Source of the DNA: Trypanosoma brucei
Taxonomy: Eukaryota
Direction: 5' to 3'
DNA length: 64,000 bases
NCBI GenBank assembly: GCA_000002445.1
Contig: CP000070.1
Coordinates: forward strand, 768,001 to 832,000
The notes beneath the pieces are model-generated. The model did not search any database. It saw nothing but the letters and a program-made list of their open reading frames with translations, and was not told where the DNA came from. A program made the position numbers and the translations under genes. How positions within the stretch are numbered: the first letter of the stretch is position 1; each line of letters starts with the position of its first letter. This document shows positions 32,332 to 45,900 of the stretch, in pieces.

Positions 32332-33640
32332 TTCAAATTAATCGGTGCTGTTATCAGTGTCAGAAGTCGTTTTTTTTTTGCAGTTTTTTCTTCTTGGTTT
32401 TCCAGCGAGCGCGATAGGGCAGTAGAGGTTTGCGTGCGTACGTTCTATCTTTCGTTTCAACATTGTGCAAAGTTTGGTGTGTTTTTTGCGGTGGGCACAA
32501 CTAATATTATTCACGTTGCCGAGAGAAATTAAAGGAAATGGTTCCTGTAATCGGTAATTCTCAGCGCGGAGCGAAGTTGTGCTGCTGTCCAACTTTTACT
32601 TTTTCCTTCTCCGTGTGTGGGTCTGGGTGAGTATGTTACGCAAGGTAGTGGGAATATCGATTGTGGTAAGTTGTTTTATTCTTCAATCGTTCACTTCCCA
32701 CCACTATTTCGCACTCACCCGCTTACTGTCGTAGCGATGTCTTATAAAGCAGCGATCGTGTTTTTTTTTTTTTCGTACCACACTGTGACGCGAAAAATGT
32801 CCTCTTTGCCGTTGTTTTTCCTTTTTTTTTTTTCAGAGTCTGCGGGAAGTCGTGGGGCGCAGTGGTGGGTTGCCTTTGAAATTTTAGAATATGAAACCGT
32901 GAATCCGCGGCTTCGTTATTTTCGTACGTATACGTGTACATACGTGTACATGTCTACATATGAGAAACATCGAGTAACGTTGAATTATTCACATGTTTCT
33001 CTTGTCTCATTGGGTGTGAGAATAACGGCGCCGCGCCACAGAGTTGTCACACCTGTTATTTGTTCCGTGATGCTGCCATTTTTGGTGTGCATCCCCTCTC
33101 CCCTCCTTTCCCTCCCTTTTGTTTGTTTGTTTCATTGACTTTCGATTCGTCGTCACGCGTTTCTTTCCTTTCATCCCGTTACCTCTTCTTGCCAACATTT
33201 ACGGAAAATATCGTTGGCGTTTCGTTTCGATCGCCTTAATTTTCTTTACTTCTCGTTCCTTTTCTTTCCCTTGAATCGTGATAAGCGGTGAGCGTCACTA
33301 CAGTTTAGTTGGTGATGAAAGGAATATCATTTGACCACATTCCGCCAACTGATGTTGTGTGTTGTTTTCTTTCTTCTTTTCCTGCCGCCGCCATACTTGT
33401 GTGTAGCGGTGGGTGTTTATTTGTCTTTTCTTCGTTTTGTTTTGTTGCCGTTGTTTACATGATTTCAAACAGGTGTTGGTCGAAATGTCGTCGCCATGCA
33501 CGGAAGGGTAGGACGAGGAAAAAGGTTGTTTTGGTGGTGGAGTGGAATATTTAGTTGGACATGGGTTGGCAACTTATTTCGGTTTCTGGTAAGCTGCTAA
33601 AGAAACCAACTTCTCGTGTCGCTGCTTGCCTTTATTAGCT

Positions 33641-33707
33641 CTTGCCCTCTGTCACTCACCTTTTCCTGTCGTTGTGCTCTATCATTCCTATCTCTACTGT
33701 TGCTGTT
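33641..33707 (+). promoter_or_regulatory. Polypyrimidine tract(s) upstream of the dynein heavy-chain CDS, putative trans-splicing signal
   Basis: A C/T-rich run (ctcttgccctctgtcactcaccttttcctgtcgttgtgctctatcattcctatctctactgttgctgttag) is followed by AG dinucleotides. A second tract lies at about 33803-33866. The assignment is inferred from kinetoplastid mRNA-processing rules. Confidence 0.4.
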
Positions 33708-33916
33708 AGTTTTTATTTATTCGGCTATCATCTGTTGGTAATCCGCGACGCATAGTTAAATTTTGATGTTGTTGTTTTGTGCAGTAATTTGTGTACATTT
33801 AGCGCTTGGGCTATGCTTGGACTGCTCTTTCTTTCTTTTTTTCCTCGCTTCGTATCAACATTTAAGACTTTCTGCTCGCTCTCATCATATATTATCTCGC
33901 CTAGTTTGTTTTGCAG

Positions 33917-36900
33917 ATGATGCGGCAGGAAAAGGATAAACAGTTATGTTTGACTGCCGATGAACTTCTTGCAAGTGATGTCGTTGATTGTATTTCCTCC
34001 ATGATGCGTTCCGCAACAAAACCGCAAGTGCGTGAAGCCCTACAAGGTGTTGAACACGAAAAAAATGGTACAGCATTGCACTTGGTGGTTTGTGAGTACA
34101 CACCAACACAAAACCTGAATAATGAAGAAGCGGCGACTACGACGTGTGTTGTAGCGGCCGAAGATCTTACAACTGTTTTCTTTCGTCTGATGGCTACCGT
34201 GTCGCGTGGCGTTACCTCACCAAAATATATGGGGACTGGGCCGATGACTGAAGGTTCTAAAAATGTGGATGGTGGTTCGAGTATGGAAACAGAAGGAGCG
34301 GCCGCACTCCCTAGGGTAACTCGCTGTGTATTTATTACCTCTGCCAGTGGTGGTAACAGCGCGGAAGATATACGGAACGCACCGTCTTCACCGCGCCCCG
34401 CCCCACTGACTCTGTCTCAGTTAAACGTCCATGCGATGGAAATGGATCAACCACTTGGTGATCTGCAGTCACTGCTTCAGCGTGTGTATGAACCCGTGCT
34501 ACGCCAGAGGCGTGAAGATGCGTTGCGTTACAACCTACAGGAATTTGTGAATTCTATGCAGTGTCGTTACCATTTCCTCACGCGGGTGAATCTTATGCAG
34601 TTTGTACATCCCAAGTTGTTGACTGTATGTAGCGTCAATCCTACAGCAGACCTTCATGAACTCGTCGGACTGCTCCACGAAGAAGGTGACGATGTCGATC
34701 TGGATGACGTGTTTGCTATTTGGAGCCCGTGTCGTAATTTGTTGAATGTAGCGTTCGAAGCCGATACCGCTGACGATGGAAATGCCGCAAGGCCCCAAGT
34801 CATAAATCTTAGTGAGGTTGTGGGTGGGGCTCCCCATCATGGAAGTTGTATCGGTGACAACACCAGCCGAAATCATGGCAACAATAATAATGGGGGTGTT
34901 CTCGAGGAGGTTTCGTACTGGCAGGAAGTTCGTCAGTGGATTAACCATATTCGGCGCCAGTTACGCAGTCGCGAGTGGCGCCTCGCGCATTATTTGCTCC
35001 GCCACCGTGTGCCGACGAGCTATGAAAGAGAGTACGAACTCCATAGCAAGCTTGCACATTCGTATGAACAACACGCAAAGGGAGTGCTGCAGTTGCTTCC
35101 ACATATAAATGATGTTAACGATATCACAACTTTCTTAGTAAACGCCTTGCGAATCATCGAGGCGGCTGCACGACCCGGCGCCTATCCGCGAAAGCGCTGC
35201 ACACACTTCGTGAATTGTGTTGTTCACAACATCATGGAACAATTTGTAGCGCTAGCTGATGGTTTGGACGTGTTACACATTCAGCCAGCAGAGAAGCAGT
35301 TGCAGAAGATTGGCGAAATGATGAAGGCCATTGTGGAGTTGCAGCGTTGCCTTGTGGACGGTGTGTTGTCCGCACGCATCGATCAACGGGATGTAGAGGG
35401 GACGACCGTCACTGAAACAAGAAACAGTAGTGTGGCAGGTCAGTGGTGCACGGAGGTGAAGAATCTTTCGGGCTTCGGGCGGTGTTCGTTGCTCCTCGAA
35501 CGAATGAAGCAATTGAAGGATTTTTTGAATGAGCACTTTCACTACTATCGGACGCTGGCGCAAACCTTCGCAGAGGGAGGTGGGAGTGGAAGCACCACCA
35601 CTTCTTTCTGTAGGCATCTGGCGGAAGCCTACAGCCGCTTTACAGCGGACGTTGTTGAGCGCGGTTGTTTGTGGGATGTTTCCCCTACTGGTGCGGGAAA
35701 ATACCAGCGGATTCGTGATTCATACAGTAGCCGGGTTTCCCGTATTGACGACCGACTTGCATTGCATGTAGGAATATCGCTTTCAAACGAGCAAGAAAGA
35801 GACACTTACAACGTCACCACTTCCACTGTGAAGGCAAACACGAGTACGGAGGCGAAAACCTCAGACCCAAGAAGACCAGCAAGGGGACGAGTCGACGCGC
35901 CCACAGCAGGGGGCTCCCCGCTGTATCGCGCCTACTCATGCTTCTGCGTTTTCAGGCGTGAGAAGGTATTGGCTGTCTTGGCGAGTTTTCGCACAGCTCT
36001 TCGTGAGCAGATTGACCGAGAGATTAACGACATTTGCGAGGAGTACTTTGGCAAAGAGAGTTGTCCCCACATCGTCCGTGCAACCGTAGCTCGACTTGGC
36101 GTAACGGAGGACGTTGGGCGTATGTTGTGGGAAAGATCTCTTCAACGACAGTTGGAAACTCACATGGAGCGCCGTGAGGAGATTTCGGAGCATGGCTGGC
36201 GTCAGCTACTGCTTCTCCGCACTCTTGAGCATCGCTGGTGCCTTAACGAGTCATTAGCACGTTTTTTTGGGGCCCGATTGCAAGACCTTGTTGTAGAAGG
36301 TTTTGCTGCAGGGTCAGAGGTGCACGGTACGGCATATGCACTTGCTTTCCTTAGTTTGGTGCACTCAAAGAATGAACTAAGGTGGTCGCGTGATCCTCAT
36401 ATTCAGAGCGCGCGGCAATATCTGGATGAAAATAGCCCACAATCTTTGGAGAAGGCCAGACTGCGCTTGGTTCTCCTTCGCAAGGGTTCTTCGTGGGGTA
36501 GCAAACAATCGGAGCCGTGGGACGTGCTTAACTTCCGCGATAGTATCGCGCAAAAGTTGAACGAACATGTCGAACGGTGGTGTAATATCGTGCAGAGTAA
36601 GTTTTTGCATGTGGACATGGTGGAGGAAACAATGGCAATGAAGGGACCTTTCTTAAGGTTATCATATGTAGAAAGAGGCGTTGGTACGGCCGGTGGTAAC
36701 AGTGATAAAAATAATAATTTCCATAGAAATAACGAAGGTAATATTGATGGTGTTTCCCGGGGAGAACAAGTGCTTGTGCCGAATATCCCACAGGAAATGT
36801 ATGCCTTTCTGCGTGACTTTTATACATTGGAAAGCGTACAGTTGCAGGAGAAGCACAAACAACTGTTCGGCAATATCCGCTGCTTCTTTCTGAAAAATGA

Positions 36901-39900
36901 AGCGCGTTTCCGCATAGCCAACTCCTTCAGGGATCTAACTCGCGTTTTTGAAGAGGCAGTTGGAGATGAGGAGGAACTCATGGCACATCTCATAACAGAC
37001 GAGTACGCGCAGGTGTATGGGTGTCTTGTTGACGGTGCCAAACTCACGTGGTTGGAAGAAGATAAATTGCTGGAGTTTATACAGCGTCTCTCGTGCCGCG
37101 TTTATAATTTTTGCTCGGCCGCGTCGAGTGTGCGAACGGCAGTGGATGATGTAGAGCGCATACTGCAGCAATTGCATAGCCAAACATTCGCTGCGCAAAG
37201 CATCGTGGAGAAGGTAGAAAAGTTGTGCGGAATCGTGAAGCAGTTAGGTTCCGAAGGCAGCAGCAGAGAATGGTACGTGCAACGCATTCAACCACGCCTG
37301 GATGCTGCACTGTTGCTGCAACTGCAGGCCCATCTACACCGATGGACTGTGGAATTTCTGTCAATGGGGCGTGACCCACGCTTCCTTGACCCCGCTTCCT
37401 GTACCGAAGAGTATAAGTTGCGGCCGTTGCGTATTCGCATGCGCGTACTATTTAAGGGAATTACGCTCGCCACACCAGAAGCCGCTTGCCGGTATCATTG
37501 GTTGAATATCCTCAACAATTCCTTCGCGTGGCTTCATGCGATTCCAGCTCTTCACAGCAGCTTCCGCAGATCCAACCACCAGCACCCCACCGCAACGCCT
37601 TTATTTGGTGGCGGCTCCGTCGTGGAGGTGACAGCGGAAACAGTTTATGGGAGGTTGGTGGATTGTCTGAGTTCTGAGGTGCTCGCAGAGCCCATGACCG
37701 CTATTGACAAAAGCATCCAAGAGGCCTTTGATGTGGAAAAACAGTGGAGGCGGGGTCAACAACTGTTGAACCTGGAGGTTGGAGTTCTTCAGCAAAAGCT
37801 CGGTGACGATTTAGTGAAGTGGGAAGAAGCGCTGCGCCATATTCGTGAGTTTGCAGATACATTGATGAACCATACACAACCCAGTACACTTCTTGGTGGC
37901 ATTCTCATCGTCGCCAGTGACGCACAGAAAGAGCTCGGCCGAAAATTAGACAACATGACGCAATATATTAATTCGCGCTACCGAGAGGTGGTGAGTAAGC
38001 ATCTAGAGTTGTGCCATCGTCGTATCACCGAAGAACGAACGGATGTTGAGAAATGTGACGTTATCAACAGTATCGATGACGCCTGCATGTTTATCTGTGA
38101 GCTTCCCACAATTTACACCAAATTAGAGGAAACAGGCAGGAGAATCGCTCCACTTGTTGCCGCCGAGGAGTATTTGAAGAACCAGGGCCTCTCACTACCT
38201 GACTCCGGTGTTTGTGTGAAAAAAGTGAAAGAGGAGCATCAAGCCTACAAGGATCTTATAGCACGGAAAGTGAAGGCGGTTGAACTGCGTCGACCATTCC
38301 TACGTGAAAACGCCAAACAAAAGGGGAAGGGTCTTCAGGACGATGTGGCCGAATTGGAAAAATCACTGGCAGAACTTGACAAGCAAATTCAACTGAGAGA
38401 GCGGCAAGATAAACAGCATCTGGAAGAGCTAGCGGATTCTATGCAAGAACGCTTCTACGACATACAAAAGCAAATTTTGGTGCTAGAAAAACAACATGAT
38501 AGGTTGACACTGCTGTGCAAAGTGTTGGGGATACAACCCGTAGATGAAGTAAGGTTGCAGAGTGTTGCTTCGCGCACGGAAAATCTCAGGTGGGTATTCG
38601 GCCACTTACTAGAGGTGTGCAGAAAACTAAATAGGCTGAGTCAGACTCCCTTTTCTGAGGTGGATCCGCAGCGGTTACATGAGGATATCATATCGCTGCA
38701 GGCTGAGGTGCAGGAATTTCCTCCCGGCGTTCGTGGCCACCCAGCTCATAACGAACTTGTCCAGCTTATTGAAGAGCGCCTGGCGGCTCGCTGGATTATC
38801 CACGAGTTAAGCTCAAGGGCGATGATGCCCGTTGTGCGGGCGGAGCGTCACTGGTCTCTACTTCGATCGAAGCTTGGTACGCAGTGGAAGTTGGAAGAAC
38901 TCACTGTTGGGGATATTTGGCGTAGTGATCCGATGACGCGAGCAAAGATTTACTACGAAGTGTTGGACGTGGCACGAGGTGAGCATCGCTTAGAGACGAA
39001 ACTGGAACAAATAACAGCGTTCTGGAACAATTTTGAGTTTAATACAACAATATACAAAAAGAAACACGTACTGATTCGTGGGTGGGACGCGGTGTTCGCT
39101 CAACTCTCCGATGACATCGACACTTTACAGGGCTTTCATCTTAGTCCCTTTTATAGCGCATCTCACATCGCCGCCAGTGTGACTGAATGGGAGAGTCGCC
39201 TTAATTTGCTTCTGAAAGTACTGGAGGTGCTTATGGGCGTGCAGCGAAGGTGGGTACATCTTGATGGGTTATTTAGCAGTAACGAAGATATCTATCAGCA
39301 GCTATCTAGTGAGGGAATGCAATTTGATAGAGTAACTTGGGAGTTATGGAATCTGATGCCGTATAGATCCTCACCCTTTGGTTCGACCGAGACGGCAGCT
39401 GATTTGGAGAATGTTGTGGTGAGGACGCAGGACTTTCTCGAGGAGAAGCGCCTTCTTTCATCGTTGGAACGGGTAGATGGGCAGTTAACGCGAGTACAAC
39501 GGGCCCTAAACAGATATTTAGATAGGCAGCGCCGCTTGTTTCCACGCTTCTTCTACGTCGGCGATGACGATCTGCTGGAAACGCTTGGCAACAGCAACAA
39601 CGCCACGTTGATTGCAAAGCATCTCCCGAAGATGTTCACCGCCCTCGCACGGCTTATTGTAAAGGATATGGGTGCCAACGGTCAAGGTTCCGCCGGCTCA
39701 GCTGCTGCTGATTTGCATATCGTTGGATTTGCTTGTGAGGAGGGGGAAGAAGTTGCAACGAATCGATCCATACGGTTGGAGGGCCGAGCACTCCACTTGA
39801 CACTCAATGAGGTGGAAATTGTCATGACTCAAACGTTGAGGCAGCTGACGGTATCTGCTGCAGCTTCGTTAGCTGATGCGGGATGTGTAACAACCGAGTG

Positions 39901-42900
39901 GATTGAGGCCTTCCCGCTACAAGTTGTGTGTTTGGCATTTCAGGTTTGGTGGGCGCAGCTGCAAGAACAAGCCTTAGCCACATGGAAGGCGCAGCAGAAG
40001 CGGGAACCTTCCCTTGCAGTGTCGCGGATGGTTTCACTGCTGGACCAACTCGCACTGGAAGTGACCGCCGTGGGTGTTACGCCCTCGGTACGCCGTGCTA
40101 GCGAAGAACTTATCACACTTGCTGTGTACCAGCGAGATGTGTCCCGATTGATCGAGTTGAAGAACGTTACAGCCGCGGAAGATTTTGAGTGGATGCGCAT
40201 CCTTCGCTTGTACGTCGTTGCCCCCGACACCTATTCGAAGAAAGGCGATGCAGCAACTGATGTCGGTCGTCCCAGAAAAAGCGGCGTGGTCTTGGCCAAT
40301 GAGGTCGATTATCCAGAGGTTCACTGCCGTATGGCGGACGCCTCGTTGATACACGGTTTTGAGTACATCGGATGGTATCGGAGGTTGGTGCAGACTCCTC
40401 TGACAGATCGGTGCTACCTGGCCATGACGCAGGCGCTTCACACACGCCTTGGTGGCTCTCCCGTTGGGCCAGCTGGAACGGGAAAGACGGAGACAGTTAA
40501 GTCATTGGGTGCTCAGCTTGGCCGTCATGTGGTTGTATTCAACTGCACGGACACGTTCGACTTCAGCGCCATTGGCAGAATCCTCATGGGACTCTGCCAA
40601 GTCGGTGCATGGGGTTGCTTCGATGAGTTCAACCGTCTTGAAGAATGTGTGCTTTCCGCAGTAGCACAGCAGATACGGTCGATACAAGAAGCCCTCCGAG
40701 GTGATCTGCACAGTGTCAATCTATCGCGGCAGCAGGTACCGCTGAAAACGAATGTAGCACTGTTCATAACCATGAACCCGGACTTTGCAGACCGCTCTCA
40801 GCTACCGGGAAATCTCAAGCAACTATTCCGAACTGTAACGATGGTGGCGCCAGACCGTGAAGCAATCGCTGAAGTAATGTTGTTTGCTCAGGGATTTCGA
40901 ACAGCGGAGTCGTTGTCGCGGAAGGTTGTTCCGTTATTTGACCTTTGCAGGGAGCAACTTTCACGGCAGTCACACTATGACTTTGGTCTTCGAGCGTTGA
41001 AGTCGGTCCTGGTAATTGCAGGCGAAGCGAAACACGCAGACTGTAAGAGGAACGCCGTGCACGTCCCGGAGACTGCCTCCTCCGCAACTGCGGTTGAAGA
41101 CGACAGTAATGTGAACAGCAGGGAATGTGAATTAATGTTAGGTAGTCTCATCAATAACATCGTCCCTCGCCTCATAAGTGAGGACGTAATCTTATTTTAC
41201 CCGTTGCTCCGCGATTTCTTCCCCGGTCGACCTGTTCCTGATGTATTTGAAAGTTTGTTGCGTTCAACCATTGAAGAGGTGTGCCAAGATACCCACTACA
41301 CACCCACCCCAGCCTGGGTGGAAAAAATTTACCAGCTGTACCGCACGAGGAAAACGCGGCACGGTCTCATGCTTGTCGGACCAAGTGGCACAGGTAAAAC
41401 GTCCTGCTGGAAGACGTTACTCCGTGTAATGGCCCGCCTGAGCACTCAGGAGGGTCACAACGACTTTGATGAGGGTGACCTTGCCAGCCCCTCAAGGAGA
41501 AGTCGAGGGAGGCCCCTTGAAGCGCATGCATATGTGATTGATCCCAAAGCCATGACAAAAGCAGAGCTATTTGGTGTGTTTGAGGCAACCACACGCGAAT
41601 GGAAGGACGGTATCTTCACTGACATTTTACGACGTATTGTGAATAATTCACTTGATACTAACAGTACACAGCAGCAACATTGGATTATATTTGACGGCGA
41701 TGTAGACCCGCTATGGGTGGAGAATCTCAACTCTCTTCTTGACGATTCCAAGATATATACGTTACCCAATGGTGAGCGCTTGAGTCTTCCGCCGTCCGTT
41801 CGCATTGTGTTTGAAGTGCAGGATTTGAGGTATGCAACGCCAGCGACCGTTTCGCGATGTGGAATGGTGTGGTTTAGTCATGGTACGGTACCGGTGTCAT
41901 GCTTGCTGAATCGTCATCTCACTACCTTCCTTCGTGCCCCGATGATTGACAAACGGGGTGGAAAGCGCATCGTTGAGGTGTGTGACGATCACGAGGAAAT
42001 GCAATCGCGGTTATGTGGAGGACACTTCACTCTGCACCGTGCCGCAGCCTCTTCTGGAACAACGACGTTAGCATCGACCCAAAGGGAGCTCACCACCTCC
42101 GATGGAGATGTACGCACTTCGAGAGAAAACAATAAGGCGCACGACTCGTTGACAGAAGATGCATTGAACCGTTCTGCACGGAATAGCGAAAACGTTCCCG
42201 AATCCCCGCCCCCACGGACCCCACATTCCTTCGTCAGTGCGGAGCGAGATATACTGGAGTTGCAGGTGTTTATGGTAGGTGTGTGGACCACAGCGTTTGC
42301 GAAAGGGGGACTGCTGGAGCGTGCTTTCGAGATTATTCACACTGAACGTTACCGGGGGCAAGGTATTATGGAGCACAATGACCTTCAAATACTACGTAGC
42401 GTTCAATCCCTACTGTTGGATGGAATATGGAGTATGTGGCAGGTGCGTGAGAAGTGGGGAGCGCTACCTACAGAGCGCGTCGTGAGGAGCTACGCGGAAA
42501 AGCTTCTTAACTACGCGGTATTTTGGGGTTTTGGTGCAGCACTTAACAACGAATTGCGAAGGCAGCTGCTGGATGATATCGGTTTTCAGCTTTTAGGTCA
42601 ACCCAGGGACCTCACCTTGATGGATGTCGAGCCGGATCCCGTCCACGGCACGTGGCGCACTACTCGGGAGCGGGTGCAGCCCGTTGATGTGGACCCAGAG
42701 GATGTTGGCTTCAGTGATGTGATTATTCCAACGGTGGATGCATGCCGCAACAGAACCTTGCTAGAGGCGTGGATTACTGGGGGTGACGCGGTTATTCTCT
42801 GCGGACCGCCGGGATCAGGGAAAACGATTCTGGTTACCTCATTACTACGTGACTCATTCACACACGAGTCGGTGTTTCTGAATTTTTCCAGCGGTACACG

Positions 42901-45900
42901 GCCTGAAAACATCATACGCGCTCTGGAGCAGTATTGCAGTGTCCACAACCATGCTGTGCACGGGCCGATAATGACACCAACAAGTGGCAAAAGGTTGCTA
43001 CTGTTCTGCGACGAGGTAAACCTACCCGCGCTAGATCAATACGGCACACAGCCTGTGGTGCAGTTCCTTCGACAGCTTGTTGAGCGCAAGGGATACTATC
43101 GCAGTCGTGACAATGTATGGGTAACAGTTGAAGGTGTCCAGGTTATTGGTGCATGTAACCCTCCGACGGACAAGGGTCGAGTTTCTTTGTCTCATAGGTT
43201 TCTTCGCTGGGCGCCGGTGCTGTTTGTAGATTTCCCAACTGAGGAAAGCCTACATGTTATCTACAGTTCGTACTGCCGGGCTATGCTTTCTTTCAGTAGT
43301 CGTCTCCAGCGGTACCACCCCAAATGTTTGGCAGCGGCCATGGTTGATGTTTACACCGCCTCACAAAGCCGCTTTAATACGTGGCAGCAGCCACATTATG
43401 TTTACTCGCCCCGTGAGCTAACCCGATGGATACGTGCACTGCGAGGAGCCATACTAAGCTGGAGTGACCAGCAGAGATGTGAGCTCACAGTGGAAGAACT
43501 TGTGCAACTTGCCATACATGAGGGGCTGCGCATCTTTCAAGATCGACTTGTGCAAAATGAAGAGCGAGAGTGGGCACACCGCAAGGTTGTGGAGTGCTTC
43601 GCAAGGCACTTTACAGATGTCACCAGCAGTCCCGCCCAGCCGCCACTGTTGTTTTCTTCAATTGTTAATGGTGTCTACATGAAACAAACAAAGAGTGAAC
43701 TTGTTCAGTACGTTGAGGAGAAAGTGCGCACCTTTTGCGAAGGGGAAGGGGATACCGAACTTGTCGTGTTAGACACCATGGTTGACCATGTGGTGCGTAT
43801 TGACCGTGTGCTTCGTCAACCGTCGGGTCATATGGTGCTTGTGGGGGCTTCTGGTGTGGGCAAAACAATTATTACACGCTTAGTTGCATGGATGAATGGG
43901 ATGTCGGTGTTTCGCATCGACGTGAACCGTGGTTACCAACTGGCGGACTACGAGCGTGACCTCCGCGAGGTACTCCGTCGCGCCGGTTGCGGACTGGAGC
44001 GTATCTGCTTTATATTCGATGATAGCAACGCAATGGAAACAGGCTTTCTCGAGTATATTAATGCACTTCTGCCTTCCGGTGAGATTCCTGGTTTGTTTGA
44101 TGGCGATAAGTGGGCAAAACTCATGGACGATATTCGTGCGAGTGTTGAGGAGCAACAGTCGCTCAAAGCTACTAGCGGGACCACCCAACACCTGCCCCGC
44201 GTTTTGCAGCACCACCAACACGAGCGAGAAGGAAACGAACTTCACAATTCTGCGCGTACGTCACTCTTCGACAGGAGCTCAACTATGAACCGAAGGGATT
44301 TTGGCGCACCCATGACCGGTGGAGGATATGACTTCGACCGTCATCCACTCCTGTTAAATGAAACAGCAGGTCCTATGCTGACTAGCGACTACATCGACAT
44401 TACATCAGAGCAGGTGCTTTACCGCTGGTTTGTTAACAACGTTCGGCGGAATTTACACGTTGTGTTCGTTACTGACCCGTCGACAAAAGAGTTTGCCGAC
44501 CGTGTCGTGACAAGCCCTGCTCTCTTCAACCGGTGCACCATTAACTGGTTGGGGGAGTGGGACCGGACGACTCGGGCGCAGTTGGCGCAGAAGCTCACAC
44601 AAAACATGGATGTAATGTTTTCTTGTCGTGAATCATTCTCAGGTTCAGAGGACACGTCACGGAAGGCGCTTACGGAAGCACTCAGTGCCATTCATGAGGC
44701 TACAGAGGAAGTGAACTCCACTGCTCGGCAACGGAACGCAAACTCAGGCACCTTCATAACTCCACGTCACTTTAGCGACCTTCTACAGCAGCTGAAGTTA
44801 CTCTACGAAGAAAAGAAAGGGCGTTCCATGGAGCAACTTACCCACCTGCGAAGTGGTCTTGCCAAGTTGGCCACTACATCAGAAGAGGTCGGGCAGCAGC
44901 AAACTCAGCTGCGTGAACACGAAGTTTTGTTAGATGAAAGAAGTGCGAAGGCTCAAGCAATGCTGGAGCGCATCGTGAGCGAAACGGAAAGAACGAAACA
45001 AGAAAAGCAAGAGGCTGAGCAGCTGCGACAGCAACTGAAGGAAGAAGAGGACCTCATCCTCGCCGACAGGGCGCGTGTGGAGCAGCAGCTATCGGAGGCG
45101 GCACCTGCACTACGCGAAGCCGAGGAGGGATTGAACAGCATCAAACAAGAGTATCTACGTGAAATGCGTGCATACACAACGCCACCAACCATGGTTAAAC
45201 GCGTGTTGGAGACGGTACTTGTTGTAATGGGCGAAAGGCGCGCGGGTGAATGGGACGTCATAAAACACTACGTTCGTCGTGATGATTTCATTGCCAGCGT
45301 GAAGGCGTTCCAGGCACGTGATGTCACCGAAGAAGCCGTCCAAACCGTACGTGGAATGCTGCAGGAAGATGGCTTCACATACGAGGCAGCGATGCGAGCA
45401 TCAAAGGCCGCCGGACCGTTGCTCCAGTGGGTAACTGCACAAATTAATTACGCCATCGTGTATGCTGCCGTGCAACCGCTGCGGAGTCGCATCGATCAAA
45501 TTACTATTACGCAAGGCGCGAAGCAAGCGCAGTTGGAGCGGACGGAAACGGAGATTAGCACCCTTGAAATGTCCTTGCAGCAACTCAAGGAGGATTACCA
45601 GTCGATGGCGGAGGAGATCGCCACTTGCAAGAGCACGATGGGTGTAATCGCTTCACGCTGTGACCGAGCGACCAAGCTTTTGCAACAACTTTTGGAAGAG
45701 CGGGACCGCTGGGGTGCGGAGTCGCTTGGCTTCGACTCCGAAGTTAGTGTTCTCTTAGGCAATTGCATTCTTGCAGCCGCGTCTTTGACGTACTTTGGCT
45801 ACTTTGACGAATACACACGACAGTCACTGCTACTTCCTGTCTGGGTACAGCAGTTAAAGAATTTTAAAATTCGCTGTACGGAAGAGCATTCCAGTGGCTT